Positions 48,667-59,174 of a stretch of DNA of 64,000 nt are shown here, piece by piece. A program made the translations under genes and the position numbers. How positions within the stretch are numbered: position 1 is the first letter of the stretch; each line of letters starts with the position of its first letter. The stretch is from an uncultured bacterium. Lineage in GTDB: Bacteria; Fidelibacterota; UBA2242; JAFGTP01. The notes beneath the pieces are model-generated. The model worked only from the letters and a program-made list of their open reading frames with translations, was not told the DNA's origin and searched no databases. The stretch spans positions 11,220 to 75,219 of the forward strand of contig CAZXFH010000009.1 in the NCBI GenBank assembly GCA_964640055.1, in the 5' to 3' direction.

Positions 48667-48957
48667 TCAATGATTTTTAAGATGCTGATCGATCTGTTTT
48701 TGCAAGGCTTCCACTTCTTCACGGGTTGGAATCTCGAGTCGTTTTAATACTTTTTTGACCTCTGTATTGATTAATTTCTGCAGTTCCGCACGCCGTTTCT
48801 CGGTGTATGAGACCAATTCCTCCATCAAGCTGGATTTTTTATCGCGGGATAGCTCTCCCTTTTCAACCAGTTCGTCCAGCATATGATCAATTTTTTCTTT
48901 GGTCAAACTGGCCGCACCTAGTCCGGCTAAAAACATCTTTTCAATACTTTCAAACAT
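48667..48957 (-). CDS. Phasin-like small coiled-coil protein
   Basis: 96 aa. 'FLAGLGAASLTKEKIDHMLDELVEKGE' resembles the PHA-granule/phasin family. Confidence 0.4.
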   Translation of the reverse strand: MFESIEKMFLAGLGAASLTKEKIDHMLDELVEKGELSRDKKSSLMEELVSYTEKRRAELQKLINTEVKKVLKRLEIPTREEVEALQKQIDQHLKNH

Positions 48958-49026
48958 AATTTATACTCCCCTTTTGTTTGGTTTCACAATTTACACATTT
49001 ATTTATTCTGTATGCTCATTTTATCT

Positions 49027-49779
49027 TCAAACAGGATTGGGAACCTCGATATAATGTAGATCTAGCCCAAACTTATTTTGCAGATGTTTTCCCAGTGCCT
49101 GAATGCCAAACCGTTCGGTAGCATGATGGCCGGCCGCTACAAAATGAAGTTTTTCTTCTTTTACATAGTGCCGGGTGTATTCACTGGCCTCACCGGTGAT
49201 AAACAGGTCTAAATCCTGCAGAACAGCCTGTTTTACCTCTTTCTGGGCTCCGCCACTGATAATACCGACCTGCTTTATCCGGGGCGGGCCGTAGGCAAAG
49301 AGCAGGCAATCCGGATTAATATCCTTCTTAATATTATTGAATATTTGTTTTGGAGACAGATCGTTTAACTCTCCGCGTGTCCCAATCTTGTTGCCCTTAT
49401 ATTCACCAAAGGGTTTAATTTTTTGCAAGTTTAGCAGGCGTGCAATTTGAGCATTGTTACCTACTTCGGGATGGGCATCCAAAGGGAGATGAAAGCCGTA
49501 TAGGTTAATATTGTTTTCCAATAATAATTTTACCCGTTGGCGGTACCCACCTTTGTAGAGAGGACGTTCAAAATTCCAGATCAGCCCATGGTGTACAATA
49601 ATCGCATCCGCTTTGGCTTGCAGGGCTTTTTCAAAGAGCTCCACTGAGGCACTCACTGCAGTGACAATAGTGCTTATTTTAGCTCGCCCCTCAACTTGCA
49701 AACCATTCGGTCCGTAATCCTCAAATTCATCAACTTTTAAATATTCCCGTAGATATTTACTCAATTTGTCACGTTGCAT
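49027..49779 (-). CDS. Nif3-family dinuclear metal-centre protein
   Basis: 250 aa. 'AIIVHHGLIW' plus a C-terminal His cluster 'FVAAGHHATERFG' typical of the Nif3/YqfO family. Confidence 0.7.
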   Translation of the reverse strand: MQRDKLSKYLREYLKVDEFEDYGPNGLQVEGRAKISTIVTAVSASVELFEKALQAKADAIIVHHGLIWNFERPLYKGGYRQRVKLLLENNINLYGFHLPLDAHPEVGNNAQIARLLNLQKIKPFGEYKGNKIGTRGELNDLSPKQIFNNIKKDINPDCLLFAYGPPRIKQVGIISGGAQKEVKQAVLQDLDLFITGEASEYTRHYVKEEKLHFVAAGHHATERFGIQALGKHLQNKFGLDLHYIEVPNPV

Positions 49780-49899
49780 GTTATCTCCTGCTTAAGCCAC
49801 TATTTCTATTAAATTTAAAGAATTCATCTGTTTTTTTCAATTGATTCATTGATGGGCTTGGCTTTTAGTTGGGTTTAATACACGCTTTATTTTGATACC

Positions 49900-50520
49900 T
49901 GAAGGCCTGCCGCGATTTCCCTTTGACAGGGTGGTAAGCCGCGGGTATGGCACCCAGATCACAGATTCGAGCGGAGGAAGAGCGAGGAATGGGGCATGAC
50001 CCTTTCTATTCCTTAAAAAGGTGTTTTTCGGTGATCTCAAGACAGCGCTTTTTCACTGTTTTCAGATGGCCAATTAAAATAGGGCGCTTACCCGGGCAAA
50101 CTCCCGTTGCCCGGGACACCGATAGTAATCGCGTTTATGACAGCCAAGCAAATGCTGTTATCGCCTGCATAATAGAGTGCAGATACCCGTATGGGCACCG
50201 GGCTTACTGAAAGAGTCAGGATAAAACCATTTGCAGCGGTAGGGCTCCCGGCGGTTCCCATATGAGCGCAGTGCGGATATGATCCCTGTGCAACTGTATA
50301 TAACGACCTTTCTTTAAAATGTTTTTGTCCTATAGTTCCGGAATTCCGGTCGGGATGACCTATAACGGTTCGTTGGCCTTTGCGGGCATCCAGTGGGATG
50401 ATTGTCTGGAATTCACCGGTTGGTTGCTAGTTATGGAACCGCTGCAATTTTAACTGAATCCGCTGGTCCGGCTCCCCTCTCCAAAAAATCGCTTCAGAAA
50501 ATTTTTATCTGCCCCTTCCG
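49900..50520. ncRNA. Candidate structured non-coding RNA locus, identity unresolved (tmRNA-like and RNase-P-like fragments noted)
   Basis: 850-nt gap with no credible ORF between convergent/divergent genes. GC-rich paired segments throughout (e.g. GGGUG…CACCC). 'CAGAUUCGAGCGG' resembles the tmRNA 5' 'GGAUUCGACGGG'. 'GAGGAAU…AUUCCUUAAAAAGG' is a pseudoknot-like arrangement. 'GUAAGCCGCGGG'/'CCGGGCUUAC' is a P4-like long-range pairing. A GCCCCUUCCGGGGC hairpin sits at 50511-50524. Confidence 0.2.
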
Positions 50521-50550
50521 GGGCTCCTGACGGGAATTATGGCTGCTTTA

Positions 50551-50579
50551 TTGACAAAGAATAAATGCTTGCCTAAATT
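50551..50579 (+). promoter_or_regulatory. Sigma-70-type promoter for eno (TTGACA-17 nt-TAAATT)
   Basis: TTGACA at 50551-50556, 17-nt spacer, TAAATT at 50574-50579. RBS AAAGGAGG 7 nt before the TTG start at 50630. Confidence 0.4.
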
Positions 50580-50605
50580 ACAGCGCTTTGCAGTTGCCGA
50601 TTTGA

Positions 50606-52239
<1,634 letters not shown>

Positions 52240-52404
52240 CCAGCTGGCACTCTTTAAATAGTTGAGTTTTTTAATAATTATATTGCTAGTGTAGCTTTTT
52301 TTGCTTATAATTGAAAAACATCTTTGCTTATTAAAATGGTTTTTCTTTATTTTCTTTGGCGTCTCCTTGGAAATCAAATTATATAATGTAAAAATGAGGT
52401 AGTT

Positions 52405-53235
52405 ATGGATCTGGCCACTCTGGCGGGTCTCTTGATTGGCATCGGATTGATCAGTACGGCGATTTTTATAAAAAGTGGGGATGCCAGCTATTTCTGGGAT
52501 TATGCCTCCTTTTTACTGGTTTTAGGCGGCACAATAGCAGCCACTTTTGTGAATTATCCCTTGAAAAATATCTGGAAAGTGTTTCGGGTACTTAAAAACG
52601 CCTTTAAGCGCACCAAATTCGGCTATCAAGAGGTGATCAACAAATTCACTGAATTTGCCGCCAAAATACGCAAAAAGGGACTGGTTTCCCTGGAAGACGA
52701 TTTGGATAAAATAGAAGATAAATTCATGCGCAATGCCATTGAGTTGGCCATTAATGAGCGCGATCAGGACCGTCTGCGTAATTATCTGCGCTTGGAACTC
52801 TCCAATATGGAAAAACGGCACAATATCGGCCAGGAATTATTTTTCTACATGGGAACCTATGCCCCGGCTTTCGGAATGGTGGGTACCATTGTCGGTTTGA
52901 TTGTGATGATGAACGAATTTACCATGAGCAGCAGTGAGATCGGTCTCGATTCCCTGGCCAGCAGCTTTGAGTTTGATATCGGAACTCAGTTTAAACGGTT
53001 ACTGGGCGGCATGGGACTCGCCTTGCTGACCACTTTTTACGGACTGATTCTGGCCAATCTGATTTTTATTCCGATCGGCGGCAAATTGAAACGGCGTTCC
53101 GAAGAAGAAATCATGCTTAAGGAGATTATGATCGAAGGGGTTCTTTGCCTGCATAACCGCGACCATCCGTTGGTGGTCCGTGAGAAATTGAACACCTTTG
53201 TGCCCCAGTTAGAGAGAAAAAAAGATAAGAAGTGA
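52405..53235 (+). CDS. MotA/PomA-like proton-channel stator subunit (MotA/TolQ/ExbB family), no partner B subunit nearby
   Basis: Four TM helices with a long cytoplasmic loop between TM2 and TM3. The TM3-4 region 'FGMVGTIVGLIV…LLTTFYGLILANLIFIPIGGKL' matches MotA 'T.YGa..AN.iF.PiA.KL'. Confidence 0.65.
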   Translation: MDLATLAGLLIGIGLISTAIFIKSGDASYFWDYASFLLVLGGTIAATFVNYPLKNIWKVFRVLKNAFKRTKFGYQEVINKFTEFAAKIRKKGLVSLEDDLDKIEDKFMRNAIELAINERDQDRLRNYLRLELSNMEKRHNIGQELFFYMGTYAPAFGMVGTIVGLIVMMNEFTMSSSEIGLDSLASSFEFDIGTQFKRLLGGMGLALLTTFYGLILANLIFIPIGGKLKRRSEEEIMLKEIMIEGVLCLHNRDHPLVVREKLNTFVPQLERKKDKK

Positions 53236-53372
53236 GCATAGCGCGCCGACCCGGCGGGAGGTTACTTTTTATACGAAGAAAGCTAATTTAAGCTGATGTG
53301 ATAAATTTCGACACTTAGATATTTGGACTGACTTCAGTTAATTTTTTCGCTCTCCGCAATCAATCTTAAACG

Positions 53373-54233
53373 GTGGATTCGTTTTTACGGAGGGATCAGA
53401 TGGACTATCGCCGGTTGCTAAATCCGCTTAGGATTAACCCAGGCTGGATCTTGTTTGTCCTGCTGCTGTCTTATTCCGTTGCACAAGGGGCTTTTGAAAT
53501 CCAGACCGTGGACCCCACAGCGATGGCATGCGGGAATATTGTTTGCCTGCAACCGGGCTCACTCAACCCGGCCACGCATCTGGAGCAAAAGGGCTGGGAA
53601 GTCGGCGCCAGCTATACTAATCTGTTTGGCTTAAAAGCTTTGCAATGCTGGAATCTTTCCCTCTACGGCAGCTATGGGCGTAAGCAGGGTGGTGCCCTGT
53701 TGGTCAGTTCTCTGGGGAATAAAAATTATCAGGAAAACAGTTATACCCTTGGTCACGCCTATCGCATCCATCGGCGCATGACCATGGGAGTTTCTCTATC
53801 AGGGTATGGCTTGTCTGTTGTGGGCTATAGTAAAAGTTGGAGCTGCGGGCTAAATGTGGGCGCTAAATTATATCTGCATGAGACGCTGAATGCCGCCATC
53901 CTGTACCAGAATGTCAACAATCCGAAAGTCTATCAAGGCGGTGAGCCGCTTCCACAGTCCTTTTGTCTGGGCGTGCAGTGGTATGCACACCCGCGGCTGG
54001 AATGCGACCTGGAAATTTTTAAAGATACGCTTTATCCCTTTATAACCCGGGCCGCTTTAAAATTAGAGTTTATCCAGAACATAATCGGCATGGCCGGTGT
54101 ACAACTAAACCCTGATCGGTTTGCGGCCGGATTCTCTTGTCGCTGGAAAGGCCTCGGTTTTTCAGCGGCCCTGTTCCATCATCAAGCCTTGCCAAGCACT
54201 TTTTATTTCGGATGTCATCTTTCCTGGGAATAA
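53373..54233 (+). CDS. Putative small outer-membrane beta-barrel protein (PorP/SprF-like?)
   Basis: Signal peptide 'ILFVLLLSYSVAQGA'. About 260-aa mature protein rich in alternating aromatic/Gly beta-strand pattern. 'SLNPATH' resembles the PorP/SprF N-terminal 'lNPAyaG' block only weakly. Confidence 0.3.
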   Translation: MDSFLRRDQMDYRRLLNPLRINPGWILFVLLLSYSVAQGAFEIQTVDPTAMACGNIVCLQPGSLNPATHLEQKGWEVGASYTNLFGLKALQCWNLSLYGSYGRKQGGALLVSSLGNKNYQENSYTLGHAYRIHRRMTMGVSLSGYGLSVVGYSKSWSCGLNVGAKLYLHETLNAAILYQNVNNPKVYQGGEPLPQSFCLGVQWYAHPRLECDLEIFKDTLYPFITRAALKLEFIQNIIGMAGVQLNPDRFAAGFSCRWKGLGFSAALFHHQALPSTFYFGCHLSWE

Positions 54234-56074
54234 AGTTACCCTGTTTTGTATTGCTGGCTGGCATGTTGGTTTCCGCTTCTGCCCAGCAAACTCTGGAGGA
54301 ATATATTCTGGCCGGATATATTACAGTGGAGGCTGCCGATAATGAGGATCTACGCAATCAAATCGAGCAGTGGATGGCAAATCCATTGCCTTGGAATAGG
54401 GCCACTATTGATGATATCAGGAGCCTACCAGTCAGGCCCGTAATTAAAGAGCGCCTCCTTGCCCTCAAGAAAGAAAACAAAACCCATCCTGATTGGACTG
54501 CTTTTCAACAGGCTTCTCAACTCTCACCGCAGGAAATGGAGACGATCAGATTATTTATTACGTTAAATGAACCGTTACCCGGGCACGGGAAAATATATCA
54601 TTATACAGCTTTTAAAAGACAGGATCAGCAAATACACCTTACAAAGAATTTACAGCGCGGTCGCTGGTTCCATGCCTCGGGATGGTTCACCGGATGGATG
54701 ACGGAAAATGACCAGGGAGAACCTCAGGTTTGGGATCATTACAAAATTAGTCTGCGCTCTCCGCTAATTAAGGACACCTATCAGTTTCACATAGGCGCTT
54801 ACCGCCCGCATTTCGGGCAGGGCTTAGTGTTTAACAGCAGTCTGATGAATCTCAAAAGCAGCCAGGCCCTGCAGAATATATCAGCCGGTCGACAACGTAT
54901 TGCCAATTATTTGGGAACCGATGAGAACCGCTTTCTATGGGGGCTGGCCGGTACATGGCGGCGCCAGAAGTGGCAACTGACTTCCTTTTATTCTCAAAAC
55001 AATCTGGATGCTCATGTTCAGCAGGGCGTTGTGCAATCCTTGCCGGCCAGCGGTATCCACCGGTCTGCGCGCCAATTGACGGCCAAGAACCGGATAAACG
55101 CACGCATATTAGGGGTAAGCGGCTATTATCAAAACCAAAATGGTCAGCTGGGTGTATTACTCTTTAATACCTGTTATTCACGGCCGCTGGAGATGTTAAA
55201 GTGTCAATCCTATTTGGGGGGCGGATCGCTTTATCACAGCTTCCATGGAGATGAAGTAATGCTGAGTGGTGAGTTTGCCTGGCTCGGGACCCACCGCTGG
55301 GCTACGGTGCAATCCCTGATCTATCGCCTGGAGAATATTGCCTTGTGCGGGGCGGTCCGTTTTTTTATGCCTGATTTTTTTACCCTGCTGGGAGGTTGTC
55401 CCAAAGAGTTTGGTGGTATGCCCAATAATGAGAAAGGATTGTATGTCGGAGGTGAAATTAAATTACTCCGGGAGTGGTGGCTGGCAGTGTATATGGATTT
55501 TTTCAGCCCTATAGAGCCGGAAGATCAGACCCGGTCCACCCCAACGGGTACAGAGGCAATGCTCTCCTTGCGGCGTCGTTTTTCAAAAGGGGTATCACTG
55601 GTGGGTAAATTAAAACGGTCTGTGGGGGAAGACATCTGGCGGGACAGATCACCCCAAAAGAAATGGCAGTACAAATTACGGATCATCCATCAATTAGATA
55701 GTCAGATTGTACTGACTTGTCGCCTGGCCCGGGTTGTGCAATTCGATGGCAGTCACAGGATCAGCGGCACCGCCATTAGTTTTTATGGTCAAAAAACCTT
55801 TGCCAAACAGGCCCGTCTTCTGGCCGGAACTGTTCATTTTCACAGCCAGGGCTATGCCGCCCGCACCTATCTTTATGAACCGGGCATTCCTTTGCGGTTT
55901 AATATGGTGTGTTTGCATGGTACCGGTTACCGATATTTTGTTGTTTTCCAGAAAACCTTTCGCGATATTTTCAAGCTTGCTTTGGCCTATAAATATCAAC
56001 AAAACAAGCCGTTCTCAACCGCGCAGTGGAATTTAGCTAAATCAATTGAATTCCAATTGTTGGTTGACATCTGA
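54212..56074 (+). CDS. Large secreted protein with N-terminal degenerate ComEA-like HhH motifs and a roughly 450-aa beta-rich C-terminal domain
   Basis: Signal peptide 'FVLLAGMLVSASAQQ'. 'ANPLPWNRATIDDIRSLPVRPVIKERLLAL' resembles the ComEA 'vNiNtAs.eeLq.LPGIGp..A..Ii' block but lacks the GIG. Gly/Tyr/Trp-rich remainder suggests a beta-barrel or beta-sandwich. Start placed at Met 54212 to give a signal peptide, since the track ORF begins at 54137. Confidence 0.35.
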   Translation: MSSFLGIKLPCFVLLAGMLVSASAQQTLEEYILAGYITVEAADNEDLRNQIEQWMANPLPWNRATIDDIRSLPVRPVIKERLLALKKENKTHPDWTAFQQASQLSPQEMETIRLFITLNEPLPGHGKIYHYTAFKRQDQQIHLTKNLQRGRWFHASGWFTGWMTENDQGEPQVWDHYKISLRSPLIKDTYQFHIGAYRPHFGQGLVFNSSLMNLKSSQALQNISAGRQRIANYLGTDENRFLWGLAGTWRRQKWQLTSFYSQNNLDAHVQQGVVQSLPASGIHRSARQLTAKNRINARILGVSGYYQNQNGQLGVLLFNTCYSRPLEMLKCQSYLGGGSLYHSFHGDEVMLSGEFAWLGTHRWATVQSLIYRLENIALCGAVRFFMPDFFTLLGGCPKEFGGMPNNEKGLYVGGEIKLLREWWLAVYMDFFSPIEPEDQTRSTPTGTEAMLSLRRRFSKGVSLVGKLKRSVGEDIWRDRSPQKKWQYKLRIIHQLDSQIVLTCRLARVVQFDGSHRISGTAISFYGQKTFAKQARLLAGTVHFHSQGYAARTYLYEPGIPLRFNMVCLHGTGYRYFVVFQKTFRDIFKLALAYKYQQNKPFSTAQWNLAKSIEFQLLVDI

Positions 56075-56105
56075 ATCCAGGCGTAGTAATTTCGAATTGG
56101 TTTCT

Positions 56106-57659
56106 ATGGGAATGAGAAAATTTTCTGCTGTTATACTCTTTCTGCTTGTAACCACCCTGTGCTGGGGTGAATTGATTTTAATCAATCCGGGGGCGGATAA
56201 GATCCTCACCGAATTGAAAGTAGTCTATTGGCACGAGATTCCTTATATCTCTATTTTGGAGCTAGCGGATAATTATAATCTGCGCACCTTTCACCGGGCC
56301 GAGACCGGTAAATTTGTAGTCTATTTTCCCGCGGGAAATGTTAAAATCACCGCCAATAGTCCCTGGATCATGATGGGTCTGGAAGTAAAGCACCACATGA
56401 CCAGTATGGCAATCGCCAGTGAAAACAATATCTATGTGCCCTTACACAGTTTCCTTGATTTTATGAAAGCGACAGTGGCGCCTAAATTAAAATATTCCTA
56501 CTCGCCTGATGAGAAAAAGAATGTGCTTGCCCCCCTGCCCCGTACAACTTATTACGCATCCCGCAAAGAGGAGCAACGGAAAAAGATCCGCTTAACCGAT
56601 GTTCAGTATGACGAGAAGAGAAACGGCTTGATGATTGCGATTGGCACCACCGGCGCTTTTAGAGATGCTGATCTCTCAGCATTTTTGAAAGATGACCATT
56701 GGCTCTATCTGACACTCTATGGCGCAGTTTGTGATTCGACCCGATTATCGGCGGTTAATCCAACTCCTTCGGTTGCCCGGATTGAGGCCATCAACCAGGC
56801 CAAATCGGTGCAAATGAGTTTTAAGTTGCATAAGAAGTTCATCTCCAATGAAATCCATTATGATCGCCGGATGGGCAAAATCACAGTGGCCTTGAATCTG
56901 CCCTTGAGTCGGGATTTAAAACAGAAGATTGCCGAAGCCAAGACAGCCTGGCAGATTGATACAATTGTACTTGATCCCGGGCATGGCGGTAAAGATCCGG
57001 GTACGCCGGGCCGTTGGGGCGGGCAGCATGAGAAGGATATCGTGCTGGATGTGGTTACCCGCCTGGGTCGCTTGCTGAAAAATGAACAGGATGTTAAAGT
57101 GGTTTATACACGCGACAATGATGACTTTATCCCCCTGTGGCAACGTCCGGAAATTGCCAATAAATCAGGAGGCAAATTATTTTTAAGTTTTCATGTCAAT
57201 GCCTGCTCCAATCCCCGAGTGAATGGTATTGAATTGTATGTATTACGTCCCGGAAAATCAGAGGATGCGGTGCGGGTTGCCGAGCAGGAAAACTCGGTCA
57301 TTCAGCTGGAAGCGGCGGCAGATAAACAAAAATATGAAGGCTATGACGACATTTCTAACATTCTGGCCAATATGGTTCATTCCGCGAATATGCATGATAG
57401 TGAACGCTTGGCCGAGATTATGTCACTGCAGATTTCAAAAAAACTACCGCAGAAAAACCGGGGGGTTAAACAAGCCGGGTTCTATGTATTGGTTGGCGCC
57501 TCCATGCCCAAGCTGCTGATTGAACTGGGATATTATACCAACCGGCAGGAAGCCAAACAGTTGAACCGGGCCTCCTACCGGCAGATGATCGCCCGTACTC
57601 TCTATGAGAGTTTATTAGAATTTAAACGCGAAGCCGACCGCAGTGTGCTGGGCAGTTGA
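56106..57659 (+). CDS. N-acetylmuramoyl-L-alanine amidase (AmiC-like) with an N-terminal AMIN-like domain
   Basis: Amidase_3 catalytic region 'TIVLDPGHGGKDPGTPG…SFHVNAC…ELGYYTN'. N-terminal signal and beta-rich targeting domain. Confidence 0.75.
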   Translation: MGMRKFSAVILFLLVTTLCWGELILINPGADKILTELKVVYWHEIPYISILELADNYNLRTFHRAETGKFVVYFPAGNVKITANSPWIMMGLEVKHHMTSMAIASENNIYVPLHSFLDFMKATVAPKLKYSYSPDEKKNVLAPLPRTTYYASRKEEQRKKIRLTDVQYDEKRNGLMIAIGTTGAFRDADLSAFLKDDHWLYLTLYGAVCDSTRLSAVNPTPSVARIEAINQAKSVQMSFKLHKKFISNEIHYDRRMGKITVALNLPLSRDLKQKIAEAKTAWQIDTIVLDPGHGGKDPGTPGRWGGQHEKDIVLDVVTRLGRLLKNEQDVKVVYTRDNDDFIPLWQRPEIANKSGGKLFLSFHVNACSNPRVNGIELYVLRPGKSEDAVRVAEQENSVIQLEAAADKQKYEGYDDISNILANMVHSANMHDSERLAEIMSLQISKKLPQKNRGVKQAGFYVLVGASMPKLLIELGYYTNRQEAKQLNRASYRQMIARTLYESLLEFKREADRSVLGS

Positions 57660-57668
57660 TGAAATCCG

Positions 57669-59159
57669 TTGCCAACTTTCCAAACCAAAGATTTAACAGG
57701 CCCGTCATTGGATTTAAGCTATCGTAAAACACTGCCGGAACTCCGTGCTGAACGTGATCAGTACCACCGGATCTTTTTTTACCGCATTTGTGGTACCGGT
57801 ATGGGCGCGGCGGCTTGTTTATTAAAAGCAAAGGGATTTGTGGTCGAAGGGGGTGATATACAATTCTCACCGCCCATGAGTGATTATCTGCGTACCACTG
57901 CCATTCCTTGCCATGACCTGGAACAGATCTCCCGGGACTACCTAAAGCGGTTTGATTTGATTATTGTGGGAAATGTGGTGGCCCGCCATAGCGAGGCAGC
58001 CCGCATGCTGGAACAATTAAAAGTACCGTTAACCTCCTTTCCCACCGCCCTGGGCGCCTTTGTGTTGTATGACCAACAGGTTGTAGGGATAGGCGGCACG
58101 CATGGTAAAACCACCACCACTTACCTCATGACCCAGCTGTTTGAACAGCTGGGGATGTCGCCGGGCTTTTTGTTAGGCGGTGTGTTGCCCGACCGCCCAC
58201 CAACCCGTTTGGGAGACGGCTCCTGTTTTTTTATTGAATCCGATGAATACGACAGTGCCTATTTTGAAAAAATAGCCAAATTCAGATTATATGCACTGGA
58301 TTACCTGGTGCTCACCTCACTGGAATTTGATCATGCTGATATTTATCCTGACATAGGAGCTATCCAGACCGAATTCAGGACCATTCTGCCGGAGCTCAGT
58401 GGCGGCCTGATCGCCTCGGCTGATTACCAAGCCGCGCGGGCCCTCTATGATGAATTCACCAACCAGTTCCCCGACCGCTTCCATTGCTTATACGGCGAAG
58501 CCTCTGATACCGGACCACACATCCATGCCATTACTTCCCAGGGAAGTCACTTTTCCCTGAGTTTGGCGGATAAATCCTATCAGTTTAATACTAATTTGAT
58601 CGGCAGGCACAATATACTGAATCTCAGTGCTTGCATAATAATGGCCCATCAGCAAGGCCATCCGCCGGAGTCAATTCAAACAGCGATTGGCGATCTAAAG
58701 ATGGTCAAAAGACGCCAGGAAAGACGCGGCCGCTTCCAGGGTGCCATCCTAATCGATGATTTTGCCCACCATCCTCGAGCCGTAGCCATGACGATTGACG
58801 CCATTCAGCAGCAATATCCGCAAAAACAGCTATGTGTCGTAATTGAGCCCACAAGTGCCACAGCCAGAAGTAATCTGTTCCAAAGGGAATTTACCCAGGC
58901 CCTGTCCCGGGCAGATTGCGCCATTTTAATCCAGCCGCAGCGGGACACCACGGTTAAACAGGCGCGTAATATTGATTGTCAACAAATAGCCGAGGATCTG
59001 CAGGTCTTGGGTAAGCCGGCCCATGCGGTAAACTCCCGGGAGCAGCTGATAAATCTAATTAAACAATATGCCGATCCCCATAAAATCATCTTAATTCTTA
59101 GCAACGCAACCTGTTTGGGCTTATGGGAATCCGATTTTGTGCAGGAACTGCAACCATAA
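57669..59159 (+). CDS. Mur ligase family protein (Mpl / MurC-like UDP-N-acetylmuramate:peptide ligase)
   Basis: 'RICGTGMGAAACLLKAKGFVVEGGD' nucleotide-binding N-domain. 'GIGGTHGKTTTTYLM' P-loop. 'DDFAHHP' C-domain. The exact start is uncertain; the track uses TTG. Confidence 0.65.
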   Translation: MPTFQTKDLTGPSLDLSYRKTLPELRAERDQYHRIFFYRICGTGMGAAACLLKAKGFVVEGGDIQFSPPMSDYLRTTAIPCHDLEQISRDYLKRFDLIIVGNVVARHSEAARMLEQLKVPLTSFPTALGAFVLYDQQVVGIGGTHGKTTTTYLMTQLFEQLGMSPGFLLGGVLPDRPPTRLGDGSCFFIESDEYDSAYFEKIAKFRLYALDYLVLTSLEFDHADIYPDIGAIQTEFRTILPELSGGLIASADYQAARALYDEFTNQFPDRFHCLYGEASDTGPHIHAITSQGSHFSLSLADKSYQFNTNLIGRHNILNLSACIIMAHQQGHPPESIQTAIGDLKMVKRRQERRGRFQGAILIDDFAHHPRAVAMTIDAIQQQYPQKQLCVVIEPTSATARSNLFQREFTQALSRADCAILIQPQRDTTVKQARNIDCQQIAEDLQVLGKPAHAVNSREQLINLIKQYADPHKIILILSNATCLGLWESDFVQELQP

Positions 59160-59174
59160 TCCCGCCGGTTTATT

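Noticed and set aside
50118-50152. Possible tmRNA tag-peptide reading frame 'GCC AAG CAA AUG CUG UUA UCG CCU GCA UAA UAG'
   Set aside because: The tag would end …SPA rather than the usual …(A)LAA. I found no tRNA-like T-arm/acceptor 3' end (GGUUCGANUCC…CCA) at the expected distance on either strand. Kept only as part of the generic candidate-RNA finding.
49846-50210. Two overlapping small ORFs (49846-50040 on the minus strand, 49947-50210 on the plus strand) in the long eno upstream region
   Set aside because: They overlap each other on opposite strands, lack an RBS, and have odd composition. The region looks RNA-structured rather than coding.
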